From Limisphaerales bacterium (GTDB taxonomy: Bacteria; Verrucomicrobiota; Verrucomicrobiia; Limisphaerales; CANJXF01), in the NCBI GenBank assembly GCA_046595315.1, contig JBKJOZ010000220.1, positions 1-44,482 on the forward strand: a stretch of DNA of 44,482 bases, given 5' to 3'. A program made the translations under genes and the position numbers. Positions 16,841-26,767 of the stretch are shown piece after piece (positions within the stretch are counted from its first letter, which is position 1; the number at the start of each line of letters is the position of its first letter). A model generated the notes under the pieces. It worked only from the letters and a program-made list of their open reading frames with translations, ran no database searches and was not told where the DNA came from.

Positions 16841-18778
16841 ATGAGTGATTCTTCCGCTTCGACGCCAGCTTGGGACATTCCGGCCGCGCGAAATCTCTAT
16901 AATATTAATCGCTGGGGCGCGAAATATTTTGACATTAACGATGCCGGCCGCGTCGTGGCTAAACCGCTGCACGAAGCCGGCGCGTCGGTGGATATCAACG
17001 ACGTCATCGAGGAAGCAAAAGGGCGCGGACTGAAATTTCCGTTATTGATTCGTTTTCAAGACATCCTGCGCCATCGCGTCGAGTCGATTAATTTGGCCTT
17101 TCGCAGTTCGATTTCAGAATTCAATTACCAGGGAAAATACAGCGGCGTTTTTCCCATCAAGGTCAATCAACTCCGCGAAGTGGTTGAAGAAATTTTAGAC
17201 GCGGGCAAGCCGTATAATTTTGGCCTCGAAGTCGGCAGCAAACCGGAATTATTTGCCGGACTCGCGCTGCAAAGAGAACCCGGCGGAATGATTATCTGCA
17301 ACGGTTACAAAGATTCCGTGTTCATCAAGATGGCACTGATGGGCACCAAGCTCGGACGCAAAGTCATCATGGTCGTGGAAAAACTGGAGGAACTGAAACA
17401 GATCATCACGGTTTCAAAACAGATCGGAGTCGAGCCGCTCATTGGAATTCGCGCGCGGCTCTTGAGCAAAGGCGCTGGAAAATGGGCCGAGAGCGGCGGT
17501 GAAAATGCGAAGTTTGGTTTGAGCACCGCGGAGTTGCTCGCCGCCACTGATTTGTTAAAAGCGGAAAATCTTTCGCACTGTTTCAAGCTGCTGCATTTCC
17601 ACATCGGCTCGCAGGTGCCTGATATTTTGATCGTGAAAAAAGCGGTGCAGGAAGCCACTCGCTTTTACGCCAAGCTCTACAAAATGGGTTTCAAAATTGA
17701 TTACCTCGATGTGGGCGGCGGGTTGGGCGTGGACTACGACGGCAGTCGTTCGGCCTTCGACAGTTCGACCAATTATTCTTTGCAGGAATACACCAACGAC
17801 ATCGTTTATTACATCGGCGACGTTTGTAATGCGGAGAAAGTTCCCCATCCCGATATCGTCAGTGAAAGCGGCCGAGCCATCGTCGCGCATCACAGCGTTT
17901 TGATTGTGGAAGTTTTCGGCGCAATCGAAAAAATTCGCGAGAACAGTGGTTTAGAATACGGCGACAACGAGCACGCGCTCGTGAAAGAGTTGCTCGATAT
18001 CCGGAAGAACCTCGCGAAACTCAATAAGCTGGAAGCGTTTCACGACGCGCTCGAGCGCAAGGAAGACGCGCACAACATGTTCACGCTTGGCTTAATGGAG
18101 CTTCCGGACAAAGCGAAAATCGAAACACTTTATTGGGAGATCAGTCTCGAAGTGGTGAAAAGTTTTGAGGGCCAGGCTTATATTCCTGAGGAGATTCGCA
18201 AACTGGAAGACAGCCTCGCTGACCAATATCTCTGCAATTTTTCTGTGTTTCAATCGCTGCTCGACCACTGGGCGCTCGGTCAACTTTTTCCCATCATGCC
18301 GGTCAATCGGCTTAACGAAAAACCGACGCGCGAAGGAACCTTGGTGGACATCACGTGTGATTCTGATGGACAGATCAACAAGTTCATCGATCTACGCGAT
18401 GTCCGGGACACCTTGCCGATGCACAAATTAAAAGCCAGCGGGCAGGGGATTGAACCTTACTATCTCGGTTTCTTTTTGATGGGCGCATATCAGGACATCA
18501 TGGGCGATTTGCACAATCTGTTTGGCCGCGTCAATGAAGTCCACGTCTTCCTCGATCCGGATGAGCCGGCTGGTTATTACGTCGAAGAAGTCATCGAAGG
18601 AACCACCATTGTTCAGGCGTTGGGTGCTGTGCAATACGACGAAAACGAATTGAAACGCCTGATGAAAGTGCAGATCGATGAAGCGATAAAATCCGATCGC
18701 TTGAAACCGTCCGAAGGAATGCGTTTGCTCGACGACTACGAGCGCGGCTTAAAAGAATACACCTACCTCGCCATCTGA
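16841..18778 (+). CDS. speA: Biosynthetic arginine decarboxylase
   Basis: 645 aa. The N-terminus W.I..ARNLYNINRWGAKYFDINDAGRV, then FPLLIRFQDILRHRV and FPIKVNQ (PLP lysine region) ... HFHIGSQ ... LDVGGGLGVDYDG, is the SpeA signature architecture. Confidence 0.85.
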   Translation: MSDSSASTPAWDIPAARNLYNINRWGAKYFDINDAGRVVAKPLHEAGASVDINDVIEEAKGRGLKFPLLIRFQDILRHRVESINLAFRSSISEFNYQGKYSGVFPIKVNQLREVVEEILDAGKPYNFGLEVGSKPELFAGLALQREPGGMIICNGYKDSVFIKMALMGTKLGRKVIMVVEKLEELKQIITVSKQIGVEPLIGIRARLLSKGAGKWAESGGENAKFGLSTAELLAATDLLKAENLSHCFKLLHFHIGSQVPDILIVKKAVQEATRFYAKLYKMGFKIDYLDVGGGLGVDYDGSRSAFDSSTNYSLQEYTNDIVYYIGDVCNAEKVPHPDIVSESGRAIVAHHSVLIVEVFGAIEKIRENSGLEYGDNEHALVKELLDIRKNLAKLNKLEAFHDALERKEDAHNMFTLGLMELPDKAKIETLYWEISLEVVKSFEGQAYIPEEIRKLEDSLADQYLCNFSVFQSLLDHWALGQLFPIMPVNRLNEKPTREGTLVDITCDSDGQINKFIDLRDVRDTLPMHKLKASGQGIEPYYLGFFLMGAYQDIMGDLHNLFGRVNEVHVFLDPDEPAGYYVEEVIEGTTIVQALGAVQYDENELKRLMKVQIDEAIKSDRLKPSEGMRLLDDYERGLKEYTYLAI

Positions 18779-18829
18779 AGACACAATCCAACTCGTTCAT
18801 TTCTCTGCTTTGTTTGGCGCGAATGAACG

Positions 18830-19561
18830 ATGGGATCGAGCAAGCTCGTGACAAATAACTTTTCGCAATCGACCGAGCCAGCTCCGCCAGCAGAATTGCT
18901 CCGCCGCCTTGGGCGTTTGGTGCGCGGATTGTCCGCTTTATTTTGGGGGTTGCCCTTGACGCTCTTGATTTACATCCAGACCGCGCGCACCGATTTTTTT
19001 GATGGTCTCGGTTTCCTCGCAATTGTTCCCCCGACCCTAGTGAGCGGCCTGCTCTTGTACGGGTTGTCGCAACTGGGTCATTTTCAAAAACAGGAACGGA
19101 TCTGGCAGAACACTTTGGAACGGGCCCGCCTTTTTGCAGTATTAGATCTGGGTTTGTGTCCATTTTTGGCGTGGTGGCATCGTCTCCCATTTGTTGAGCT
19201 CTATACCCTTGCCATTATGCTTCTGGCCGCGTCGAGCCTGATTTTTATTCTCATTCTGAACCGAGTTTTGGATCGATTAGCCGCCATGCTCCCCGACGAA
19301 ACACTTCGGCTCGAAACGAAATTATTTACAACCTTCAACCGCCGCGTCCTGCTCGCCATTCCGATTTTATTGCTCGCCTATTTCGCGATGAATTTTGTCC
19401 CAATTCTACCCGAATTCTTGCGCACCATTTTAGAACGAGCCGAACCGCAAGGAGTTTGGTTCCTCATTTTTCTGCTCCTCATGCCGCTGGCGATGACCAT
19501 GGCGTTGATTTGGAAAATTAAAGAAGTTGTCTTCGCGAGCATCCTGGAAACCGAACGCTAA
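18830..19561 (+). CDS. Hypothetical polytopic membrane protein
   Basis: 243 aa with ~6 hydrophobic segments, lying 51 nt downstream of speA on the same strand. No motif recognised. Confidence 0.5.
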   Translation: MGSSKLVTNNFSQSTEPAPPAELLRRLGRLVRGLSALFWGLPLTLLIYIQTARTDFFDGLGFLAIVPPTLVSGLLLYGLSQLGHFQKQERIWQNTLERARLFAVLDLGLCPFLAWWHRLPFVELYTLAIMLLAASSLIFILILNRVLDRLAAMLPDETLRLETKLFTTFNRRVLLAIPILLLAYFAMNFVPILPEFLRTILERAEPQGVWFLIFLLLMPLAMTMALIWKIKEVVFASILETER

Positions 19562-19619
19562 TCCCGGCGGAAAGATTTCTCGATCAAAGGAGCGCGTGAA
19601 GTGCGCCACCAAAACGCGG

Positions 19620-20351
19620 CTAATTCATGCGTTCCGCAATGGCAAACCGGAACATCCGTTTTTTCATCCAGCGCACTGCGAGCAAATCGTAGAACGACGA
19701 GAACAACCGGTTCCAAACGCCATAATTTGTTTTCCCCGCAAACCTGGGATTAGTGGAGATTGGAATTTCAGTCACGCTGAACCCTTCCATTTTGATCAAG
19801 GTCGGCATGAACCGATGCATGCCTTTGAAAAATTTAAGATCCGCAATGCATTCGCGTTTGAACGCGCGAAAACAACAGCCTGAATCGGAAATCGTTTCAC
19901 CGCTCAACCGATTGCGAACGCGATTGGCAATCCGCGACGACACAACGCGAACAAAACTATCTCCTTTGGCCCGGCTTTCGACGCGTGAGCCGCAAACGCA
20001 ATCAAAGCTTTTCAGCGCCTCTAAAAATTTTGGCAGATCACGCGGATCGTTCTGCATGTCTGCATCGAGCGTCGCAATAAATTTCCCGCGCGCCGCCTTG
20101 ATTCCAGCCCAGAGCGCAGCGGATTGGCCCGCATTTTTTTGGAAACGCTGCACGCGAATTCGTTTATCAGCCTCCGCAAATTTTTTGAGCAAACCCCAGG
20201 AATTATCTCGGCTGCAATCGTCGGTGATCACGATTTCGTAATCAATTTTTTGCGGCTCGAGAGCCTCGCGAACTGCGCTGATGAGCGTGTGCAAATTTCC
20301 TTCCTCGTTGTAACAGGGAAGAACAATGCTCAGAAGCGGTTCGGAATTCAT
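19620..20351 (-). CDS. Glycosyltransferase family 2, polyprenol-phosphate sugar synthase-like (DPM1/GtrB/CsbB/ArnC type)
   Basis: LSIVLPCYNEEGNL, VITDDCSRDNS, TLDADMQNDP (D.D) and a conserved C-terminal half. 243 aa with no clear C-terminal TM pair. Confidence 0.75.
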   Translation of the reverse strand: MNSEPLLSIVLPCYNEEGNLHTLISAVREALEPQKIDYEIVITDDCSRDNSWGLLKKFAEADKRIRVQRFQKNAGQSAALWAGIKAARGKFIATLDADMQNDPRDLPKFLEALKSFDCVCGSRVESRAKGDSFVRVVSSRIANRVRNRLSGETISDSGCCFRAFKRECIADLKFFKGMHRFMPTLIKMEGFSVTEIPISTNPRFAGKTNYGVWNRLFSSFYDLLAVRWMKKRMFRFAIAERMN

Positions 20352-20384
20352 TCGGCAAAATGAAACGTGAAAAAAGCGGCGGGG

Positions 20385-21476
20385 TCAATTCACCAAACGA
20401 TACCAGTTATCGCGTTGGCGCGGGTCGTAGCCGAGTTCTGTGATGAGTCGCTGCATGTCGGCGACACCCATGCGGAAAGTTGTTCCCGCCTGCGAAACAA
20501 CATTTTCTTCGATCATGATGCTGCCCAAATCATTTGCGCCGTATTTCAACGCGATTTGCCCGATCTCTTGACCTTGCGTCACCCAGGAACTTTGGATGTT
20601 CGGAATGTTATCGAGGTAAATTCGCGAGAGCGCCTGCATCCGCAAATATTCGTGCGCGCCCACCGTCGGCGCTTTCAGCTTCGTATGTTCGGCTTGAAAC
20701 GTCCACGCGATGAACGCGGTAAAACCTTTGCTTTTGTCCTGCTGCGTGCGCACTCGCTCGAGATGTTCAATGCGTTCCTCCACTGTTTCGACGTGTCCAA
20801 ACATCATCGTCGCCGTGGAAGCCAATCCAAGCCGATGCGCGACATCCATCACGTTCAACCATTCGTCGCTCATCGCTTTCAACGGTGCAATTCGCTGGCG
20901 CACGCGATCCACCAAAATTTCTCCGCCACCACCGGGAATTGAACCAAGTCCGGCTTTGACAAAATCGCGAATGATTTCCTCAACCGGCTTTTGAAACACT
21001 TCCCGAAAATGTACGAACTCACTCGGGCTAAATCCGTGAATATTGATCTGCGGAAATTTCGTTTTGATGTGCGACAGCAAATCGAGATACCACTGCATCG
21101 AGAGTTTAGGATGATGCCCGCCTTGCATCAAAATTTGCGTGCCGCCGAGCGCGATGGTTTCCTCAATTTTTTTGTCCATCTCGTCGTGCGTGATGACATA
21201 GGCGTCATCGTCTTTCTCCACGCGATAAAACGCGCAGAATTTGCAATAGACGTTGCAGACGTTGGTGTAATTGACGTTGCGGTCAACGATGTAGGTGACG
21301 ATTTTATTGCCGCGTCCTTCGAACGCGGTTTCCTTCGCCAGTTCCCGGCGTCGGTCGGACAGCGACCCGAGTTCTTCCAGCGGCAAATGATAAAGGCGCA
21401 GCGCCTCGGCAGAATCAATGCGCTTTCCAGCCCAAACTTTTTGCAGCAACTCGTCGAGTGACGCGTCGTAAATCAC
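20385..21476 (-). CDS. mqnC: Radical SAM enzyme of the futalosine menaquinone pathway (MqnC-like cyclic dehypoxanthinyl futalosine synthase; MqnE not excluded)
   Basis: VTYIVDRNVNYTNVCNVYCKFCAFYR (C.3C.2C) and GANDLGSIMIEENVVSQAG are typical of the CofH/MqnC/MqnE clade. The VTY..DRN context favours MqnC over MqnE, judged from memory of family alignments. Confidence 0.55.
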   Translation of the reverse strand: MIYDASLDELLQKVWAGKRIDSAEALRLYHLPLEELGSLSDRRRELAKETAFEGRGNKIVTYIVDRNVNYTNVCNVYCKFCAFYRVEKDDDAYVITHDEMDKKIEETIALGGTQILMQGGHHPKLSMQWYLDLLSHIKTKFPQINIHGFSPSEFVHFREVFQKPVEEIIRDFVKAGLGSIPGGGGEILVDRVRQRIAPLKAMSDEWLNVMDVAHRLGLASTATMMFGHVETVEERIEHLERVRTQQDKSKGFTAFIAWTFQAEHTKLKAPTVGAHEYLRMQALSRIYLDNIPNIQSSWVTQGQEIGQIALKYGANDLGSIMIEENVVSQAGTTFRMGVADMQRLITELGYDPRQRDNWYRLVN

Positions 21477-21524
21477 GTCAAAAATTTACTCCATCAATTT
21501 GGAGGGACAATAGAATTCCCCAGC

Positions 21525-23330
21525 TTACTTGATCGTCAGAATGCTGGAAATTTTCAATTCCGGAATTCTGGTTTCGACCCAGCTTTCGCCTTTTCCGCGG
21601 CGCGATGTGAAATATAGTTCCTGCGTAGAACCGGCGTCGGCACTGAGCATTGTGATCGAATGAACTTTCGCAAAAGGCACGCGGATTTTGACCAAAACAT
21701 TCGTGGCTGGAGTGACTTTGTCTTCGAAGGAAGAAAGGCGCTGAATGTTCAGGTTCAAAAGATGAACGATGGTTTGTTTGTTTTGATCAGAAACGGTGGC
21801 GCGAACCGTTGGGGGTCCGTTCACCACGATGGAGGGGTTGGCTAAAGTGGTTTGAAGTTCAGAAAGCCAATTTGTTTTTTCCGCAAAAATTATTCGGCCC
21901 TGCTTTTTTAGAAAGTTTTTCAGCGTTAGTTTTTCACGTGCATTCAAATCAGACTGCGTTTCCAACAGGAGAATGGATTTTCTCGCCGAGTCAGAATTCA
22001 GGCGCTTGGAGAAATCAGTTTCACAAACGACTTGAAACTGGATGTTGGAACGGCTCAGCGCTGCGGCGGCGTCCAAGGCCCAACAGTTTAGCGTGTCGGC
22101 CCATTTGCGGAATGGAAGAAAAAGGAGCACGTCGGCTCGCGGTGCAACGTCATTCAGCAAGGCGGCGTTCTTCCGAAGAAAATCAGCTTGCGGGCGAATG
22201 GTGGAACTCATGCGCGCCCGTTGATCTTCCGGCCACGTCGGCCACGCAAGATACGAGGCGCGATGGGCGGCAGCTTCGGCCATGGCGAGGCGCACCAAGC
22301 TCGGCGCGGTGTGATAATCGCCGTCGGCAATCGTGCAGGCCACCACTGGCTTGCGATGAGAAATCGCTTGGAGCATTTCGTAAATCGGACCGTATTCCAT
22401 CACCGTGCCGTTTGGCAAAACGCGCGGTTGCGTTGCCATATCCTCGACGACCACCAAGTCTTCCGTTTTGCTCATTTCAGAAATGTTGTAGCCGTAATCG
22501 CGGCATTGAGAAAAAAATGCGGCGGGTGCATTGAGACTGTTGTTGCAGGTCACGAGTGCATCGCGCTGGATGGATCGCGCAAACCGCCGCATCTCGCCCA
22601 TAAAATCCCGCGCGGTGGTGCAGCGGAACCGCATGAAATCTTTCGGCTGATTAACTGCGATCTGCCGAATAAAATTCACCACGTTCGTTTTCGGCAAATT
22701 AAACTTACCGCCTTCGTCTGTCAGAAATTTAGCGAACTTTGTCATGCAATATTCGCAGTAACATCCCTGTGGATGCACCGTGGGATTGTCGAAAAAGATT
22801 CCGTCGTGGCCTGATTTTATTTGCTCGCACACGATTGATTTTTCGTAAGTTCGCCAATCAGGATTGTTCATGCAGGCGGGTCGATAATCACCGCCATACC
22901 ACGAAGGCAGCGGGTTTCCGTTGCGATCCTGTTGCAGCCATTGGGCAGGCGGCGAAGAAAATTGTGCGCGATATTTTTGCGTCCAATTACGGTCAAAAGT
23001 TTCCAGCTTCACGATGGAGGTCGCGCAGACATAGCCGAGGGCGAGTCGAATTCCATTTGCTTTCGCACGGCGTATGTAGTCCGCGCTGCTCCTCCGGATT
23101 TTTTCCATTTCTTTCCCGGAACGCACCCCTTCATAGCCAACCCCGCCGAAACCTGTGGCGTAAATAATGGTCGCACCACTCGCAAGGGCAGCGTCCGCTT
23201 GTTCTCCAATATTTCCGAGATGATCGAAAGCATGACCGGCCACGCCGACCCGCAATTCGCGGCGCTCGGCTGCAAGAGTTGTGAGGCTAATCAGAAAAGC
23301 GCTGGTGAAGAGCGCGACTTGTTTGTGCAT
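21525..23330 (-). CDS. Secreted GH42-like TIM-barrel protein of uncertain catalytic status
   Basis: Signal peptide MHKQVALFTSAFLISLTTLAA. PACMNNPDW plus GCYCEYC (C153, C190, C192, C195) resembles the Cys4 zinc site of GH42 beta-galactosidases. The preceding FFDNP sits where GH42 has DNE. The C-terminal part (ADVLLFLPF...) is compatible with the GH42 domain B. Confidence 0.4.
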   Translation of the reverse strand: MHKQVALFTSAFLISLTTLAAERRELRVGVAGHAFDHLGNIGEQADAALASGATIIYATGFGGVGYEGVRSGKEMEKIRRSSADYIRRAKANGIRLALGYVCATSIVKLETFDRNWTQKYRAQFSSPPAQWLQQDRNGNPLPSWYGGDYRPACMNNPDWRTYEKSIVCEQIKSGHDGIFFDNPTVHPQGCYCEYCMTKFAKFLTDEGGKFNLPKTNVVNFIRQIAVNQPKDFMRFRCTTARDFMGEMRRFARSIQRDALVTCNNSLNAPAAFFSQCRDYGYNISEMSKTEDLVVVEDMATQPRVLPNGTVMEYGPIYEMLQAISHRKPVVACTIADGDYHTAPSLVRLAMAEAAAHRASYLAWPTWPEDQRARMSSTIRPQADFLRKNAALLNDVAPRADVLLFLPFRKWADTLNCWALDAAAALSRSNIQFQVVCETDFSKRLNSDSARKSILLLETQSDLNAREKLTLKNFLKKQGRIIFAEKTNWLSELQTTLANPSIVVNGPPTVRATVSDQNKQTIVHLLNLNIQRLSSFEDKVTPATNVLVKIRVPFAKVHSITMLSADAGSTQELYFTSRRGKGESWVETRIPELKISSILTIK

Positions 23331-23429
23331 GGGAATCAGCTTTGAACAGAATTTTTAGAATGAACAGATTTTCTAAACGGGCGCTGAACAAATACTGTAA
23401 ATCCTATCAACTCTATCTAACTTTCGGCC

Positions 23430-24164
23430 ATGAGTGCGCTTGATGATTATTTCCAAACTGTTCAAAGCCAGATCGCGGAAATCCATCGCACGGAACGAGC
23501 GAGATTGGAGCAAGCCGCCGAGTGGGTTGCCGCTGCATTAATCCAGGAAAAATTCATTTACGCGTTTGGTTCCGGACATTCCCACGCGCTTGCCGAAGAA
23601 ATGTTTTATCGCGCCGGAGGCTTGGCGCGGGCAATTCCGATTCTTGATGAAAATTTAATGGTTCACAAAAGCGCATTCGCCAGCACGGAATGGGAACGCA
23701 AGGAGGGTTATGCCGCTCAAGTTTTAAAACGATATGCGCTGGGCTTCGGCGATGTGTTGTTTGTCGTCTCCAACTCCGGGCGCAACGCCGTTCCAATCGA
23801 AATGGCGATGGTAGCGAGCCAGCGTGGCGCGAAGGTCATTGCGGTTTTGAGCGCAAAGCATAGCGGTGCATTTGGCTCGCGGCATTCTTCCGGGAAAAAG
23901 TTAGCCGACGTGGTGGATCTAGTGATCGACAATTGCAGCGAAGCCGGGGATGCCGCAGTTGAAATTCCTAGCGGGACGGAAAAAGTCGGCCCGACTTCTA
24001 CCATTACGAGCGCGTTTATTTTGCATTCAATTATCGCTGAAGCGGTTTCTCGCGCGAGTGCTGCGGGCAAATCACCTGAAATTTATCCGAGCCTCAACAC
24101 TGATTCGGGTGAAATCACAAAAGCTCTCGCGGCAAAATACAAAGGCCAAATTCCCCATTTGTGA
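23430..24164 (+). CDS. SIS (sugar isomerase) domain protein, UPF0309-like
   Basis: FGSGHSHALAEEMFYRAGGL and LFVVSNSGRNAVPIEMA follow the SIS phosphosugar-binding pattern. 244 aa. Confidence 0.6.
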   Translation: MSALDDYFQTVQSQIAEIHRTERARLEQAAEWVAAALIQEKFIYAFGSGHSHALAEEMFYRAGGLARAIPILDENLMVHKSAFASTEWERKEGYAAQVLKRYALGFGDVLFVVSNSGRNAVPIEMAMVASQRGAKVIAVLSAKHSGAFGSRHSSGKKLADVVDLVIDNCSEAGDAAVEIPSGTEKVGPTSTITSAFILHSIIAEAVSRASAAGKSPEIYPSLNTDSGEITKALAAKYKGQIPHL

Positions 24165-24309
24165 TTTCCTGCGGTTTCAAACCAGTAATGTTTTCAGTGT
24201 CACCAAATCTTTGCGAAATGTGTCGGCTAATTTTTTTTGTCGTTCCCCTGATTAAGAAATTCGACATGACCCTAACTTTTGAGCGAGGGCCGTTTTTCAA
24301 TAAAACAAT

Positions 24310-25362
24310 TTACCAATAAAGATCTGCGATTTTATGCGACAGTTCAGGATTCTTCGCATTGCGACGATTGATGAGAATAATGACGGTTAGTTGTTTTTCA
24401 GGAAACCGATCCAGCTCGGTCGAGAATCCACAGGTGCTGCCGTAATGCCAGATTCGATCCGAGCCACGATGTTTCGCAACATACCAACCGTAGCCGTAGC
24501 CGCTGCCTTCAATATCCGATTTCGCGGAATGCGCGGTGAACGCTTCTTGAAGCATTTTCCGGCTGACCAGTTTTTCTGTGGAGAGCGCTTGGTCCCATTT
24601 GTAGAGATCGGTGAGTGAAGAATAAATTCCGCCGTCGCCCAGCACCGCGCTGGTGGTGCTTTGATCGCTGAACTCAAAACCGCCTCCCACTTTCGCGTAG
24701 CCGAACGCGCGGTTGGGCACGACGGAAATGCCCGGTTCGTAGGCGATGCTGTGGGTCATGCCGAGCGGTTGAAAAATGTTCTCCGTGAGAAACGTCGCAA
24801 ATTTTTGACCGGAAACGATTTCAACAATCAGCGCGAGAAAGGAATAACCCGTGTTGCTGTAATCAAATTTTTCGCCGGGCGAACATTTCAAGTGATCCTG
24901 CTGACGCAAAATCCAAAGCACGTCTCTGTCGCTCAGCGGGATCGTCACGTTGGCAGGCATAACCTCTTCGTAATCGAGCAAGCCGGATTGGTGCGTGAGC
25001 AAATGGCGAAGAGTGATTTCTTTTCCGTAATCGGGGAATTCGGGGAAAAATTTCGTCATTTTATCGTCCAACGTAAGTTTTCCACGCTGGGCCAAAATTA
25101 AAATCGACATCGCAGTGAACTGTTTGGTTACCGAGGCGAGGCGAAAATTGGTGTTGGTCGAACAGCGTGTTTTTTCAGCGAGATTTGCCAATCCGTAAGC
25201 TTTGGCGAAAACAGGTTTGCCTTCTTTGATCACCATGACCGCTGCGCCGGGTGCGTTGGTCTGGTTGAATTCAGAAAAGAGCGCGTCGATTGTTTTTTCG
25301 TTCTGGCTCATCGCGGGAAAACTAAACAAAAACCAAATTAAAATGGAGAGCAAACGGTTCAT
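24310..25362 (-). CDS. Serine hydrolase, class C beta-lactamase/DD-peptidase family
   Basis: S..K motif in ASVTKQFTA and Y.N motif in YSNTGY. I chose the start at M48 of the track ORF (25362) because MNRLLSILIWFLFSFPAMSQ is a signal peptide. Confidence 0.75.
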   Translation of the reverse strand: MNRLLSILIWFLFSFPAMSQNEKTIDALFSEFNQTNAPGAAVMVIKEGKPVFAKAYGLANLAEKTRCSTNTNFRLASVTKQFTAMSILILAQRGKLTLDDKMTKFFPEFPDYGKEITLRHLLTHQSGLLDYEEVMPANVTIPLSDRDVLWILRQQDHLKCSPGEKFDYSNTGYSFLALIVEIVSGQKFATFLTENIFQPLGMTHSIAYEPGISVVPNRAFGYAKVGGGFEFSDQSTTSAVLGDGGIYSSLTDLYKWDQALSTEKLVSRKMLQEAFTAHSAKSDIEGSGYGYGWYVAKHRGSDRIWHYGSTCGFSTELDRFPEKQLTVIILINRRNAKNPELSHKIADLYW

Positions 25363-25509
25363 GCGCTTGAATCGAAGCGGAACGGATTCCGGAGCGCAAT
25401 CCTCGATTCGTGGATAAATGAAATTGTTTCCGGGCGAAATATTTTTACTGAATTGGCCTCGTCTGTCCATTGTTTCGCCGCGTTTTTGGGCTACAGTTTC
25501 CATCTCCGC

Positions 25510-26766
25510 ATGGATCTACAAAAGAAACTCGAAATACTCGCCGACGCCGCGAAATACGACGCTTCCTGCGCCAGCAGTGGCGGCGAAAAGCGTAACTCGC
25601 GCGCAGGCGGAATCGGTTCGGTCACGGGCGCGGGAATATGTCACAGCTTCACGCCGGACGGACGCTGCGTGTCGTTGTTGAAAATTTTACTCACCAATTA
25701 TTGCACCTACGATTGCCTTTATTGCGTTAACCGCGTTTCCAGTTCGGTTCCGCGCGCGCGTTTTACCCCGGACGAAGTGGTGCAGCTCACTTTGGATTTT
25801 TATCGACGGAATTACATTGAAGGACTTTTTCTGAGCTCAGGAATTATTCGCACCGCCGACTACACGATGGAACAGGTCATCGCGGTCGCTCGAAAACTTC
25901 GCCTCGAACATCATTTTAAGGGCTACATCCATCTCAAAACAATTCCTGAGGCGAGCCAATCCTTGATTGAAGAAGCAGGCAAATATGCGGACCGCCTCAG
26001 TATTAATATCGAGATGCCAACCAAGGATGATCTGCAACGGTTGGCGCCGGAAAAAAATGATGAGCGAATTCAGGTTGCGATGGGTGAAATCGCCAAACGC
26101 ATTTCGAACGCAGAAGAAGAACGCGGAAAAAATTTGAAGGCGCCGGGATTCGCGGCCGCCGGCCAAAGTACCCAAATGATTGTGGGAGCCACCGCCACCC
26201 CGGATCAGGCCATTTTGCAACGCGCTTCGACCCTTTACAGAAAATATGAATTGAAACGGGTTTATTATTCCGCGTTCAGCCCCATTCCAGATTCGTCAAA
26301 CAAACTGCCGCTGATTGCGCCGCCGCTGATGCGCGAACATCGTTTGTATCAAGCCGATTGGCTAATGCGTTTTTACGAATTCAAAGCCGACGAGATTATT
26401 GAAGCCAACTCGCCGAATTTGGATCTGCGAATTGACCCAAAACTCGCATGGGCGCTGCGGAATCGACATTGGTTTCCAGTGGATATCAACAAGGCCCCGA
26501 AGTTTTTACTCCTCCGCGTCCCCGGATTGGGCCTGAGAAATATTCAACGCATTTTGCAGGCGCGCCGATGGGCGTCGGTCCGCTTGCAGGATTTGATTCG
26601 CTTGAGAGTGCCGCTTAAAAAAGTAATGCCGTTTATCGAAACTTCGGATCACCATCCTCATCGACTCGATCTAGAAAGTGACCAACTCGCCGCGCGCTTT
26701 GCCCGACCAGCCGAGCAACTTGATTTGTTTGCACCTGACTCCTCCGCTCTGACTGGCGAACTTTGA
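25510..26766 (+). CDS. Putative DNA modification/repair radical SAM protein (partner of the DUF4130/UDG fusion)
   Basis: MDLQKKLEILADAAKYDASCASSG is an N-terminus typical of the family I recall as TIGR03916. The radical SAM cluster motif is CTYDCLYC. I chose the start at M20 of the track ORF. The stop at 26764-26766 lies 1 nt before the next ATG. Confidence 0.75.
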   Translation: MDLQKKLEILADAAKYDASCASSGGEKRNSRAGGIGSVTGAGICHSFTPDGRCVSLLKILLTNYCTYDCLYCVNRVSSSVPRARFTPDEVVQLTLDFYRRNYIEGLFLSSGIIRTADYTMEQVIAVARKLRLEHHFKGYIHLKTIPEASQSLIEEAGKYADRLSINIEMPTKDDLQRLAPEKNDERIQVAMGEIAKRISNAEEERGKNLKAPGFAAAGQSTQMIVGATATPDQAILQRASTLYRKYELKRVYYSAFSPIPDSSNKLPLIAPPLMREHRLYQADWLMRFYEFKADEIIEANSPNLDLRIDPKLAWALRNRHWFPVDINKAPKFLLLRVPGLGLRNIQRILQARRWASVRLQDLIRLRVPLKKVMPFIETSDHHPHRLDLESDQLAARFARPAEQLDLFAPDSSALTGEL

Positions 26767-26767
26767 A

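Noticed and set aside
19620-23330. Possible operon GH42-like -> mqnC-like -> GT2 (gaps of 48 and 33 nt), considered as a functional unit.
   Set aside because: The three functions have no known connection. Close spacing alone is weak evidence, so I treat this as adjacency of unrelated genes.
25363-25509. Looked for an SOS (LexA) operator upstream of the radical SAM/UDG pair. I recall the Verrucomicrobia-type palindrome as TGTTC-N4-GAACA.
   Set aside because: No TGTTC or GAACA half-site is present in this intergenic region. Only weak palindromes occur (CGGAA-N4-TTCCG, TTTCC-GGG-CGAAA). SOS control therefore cannot be claimed from the sequence.
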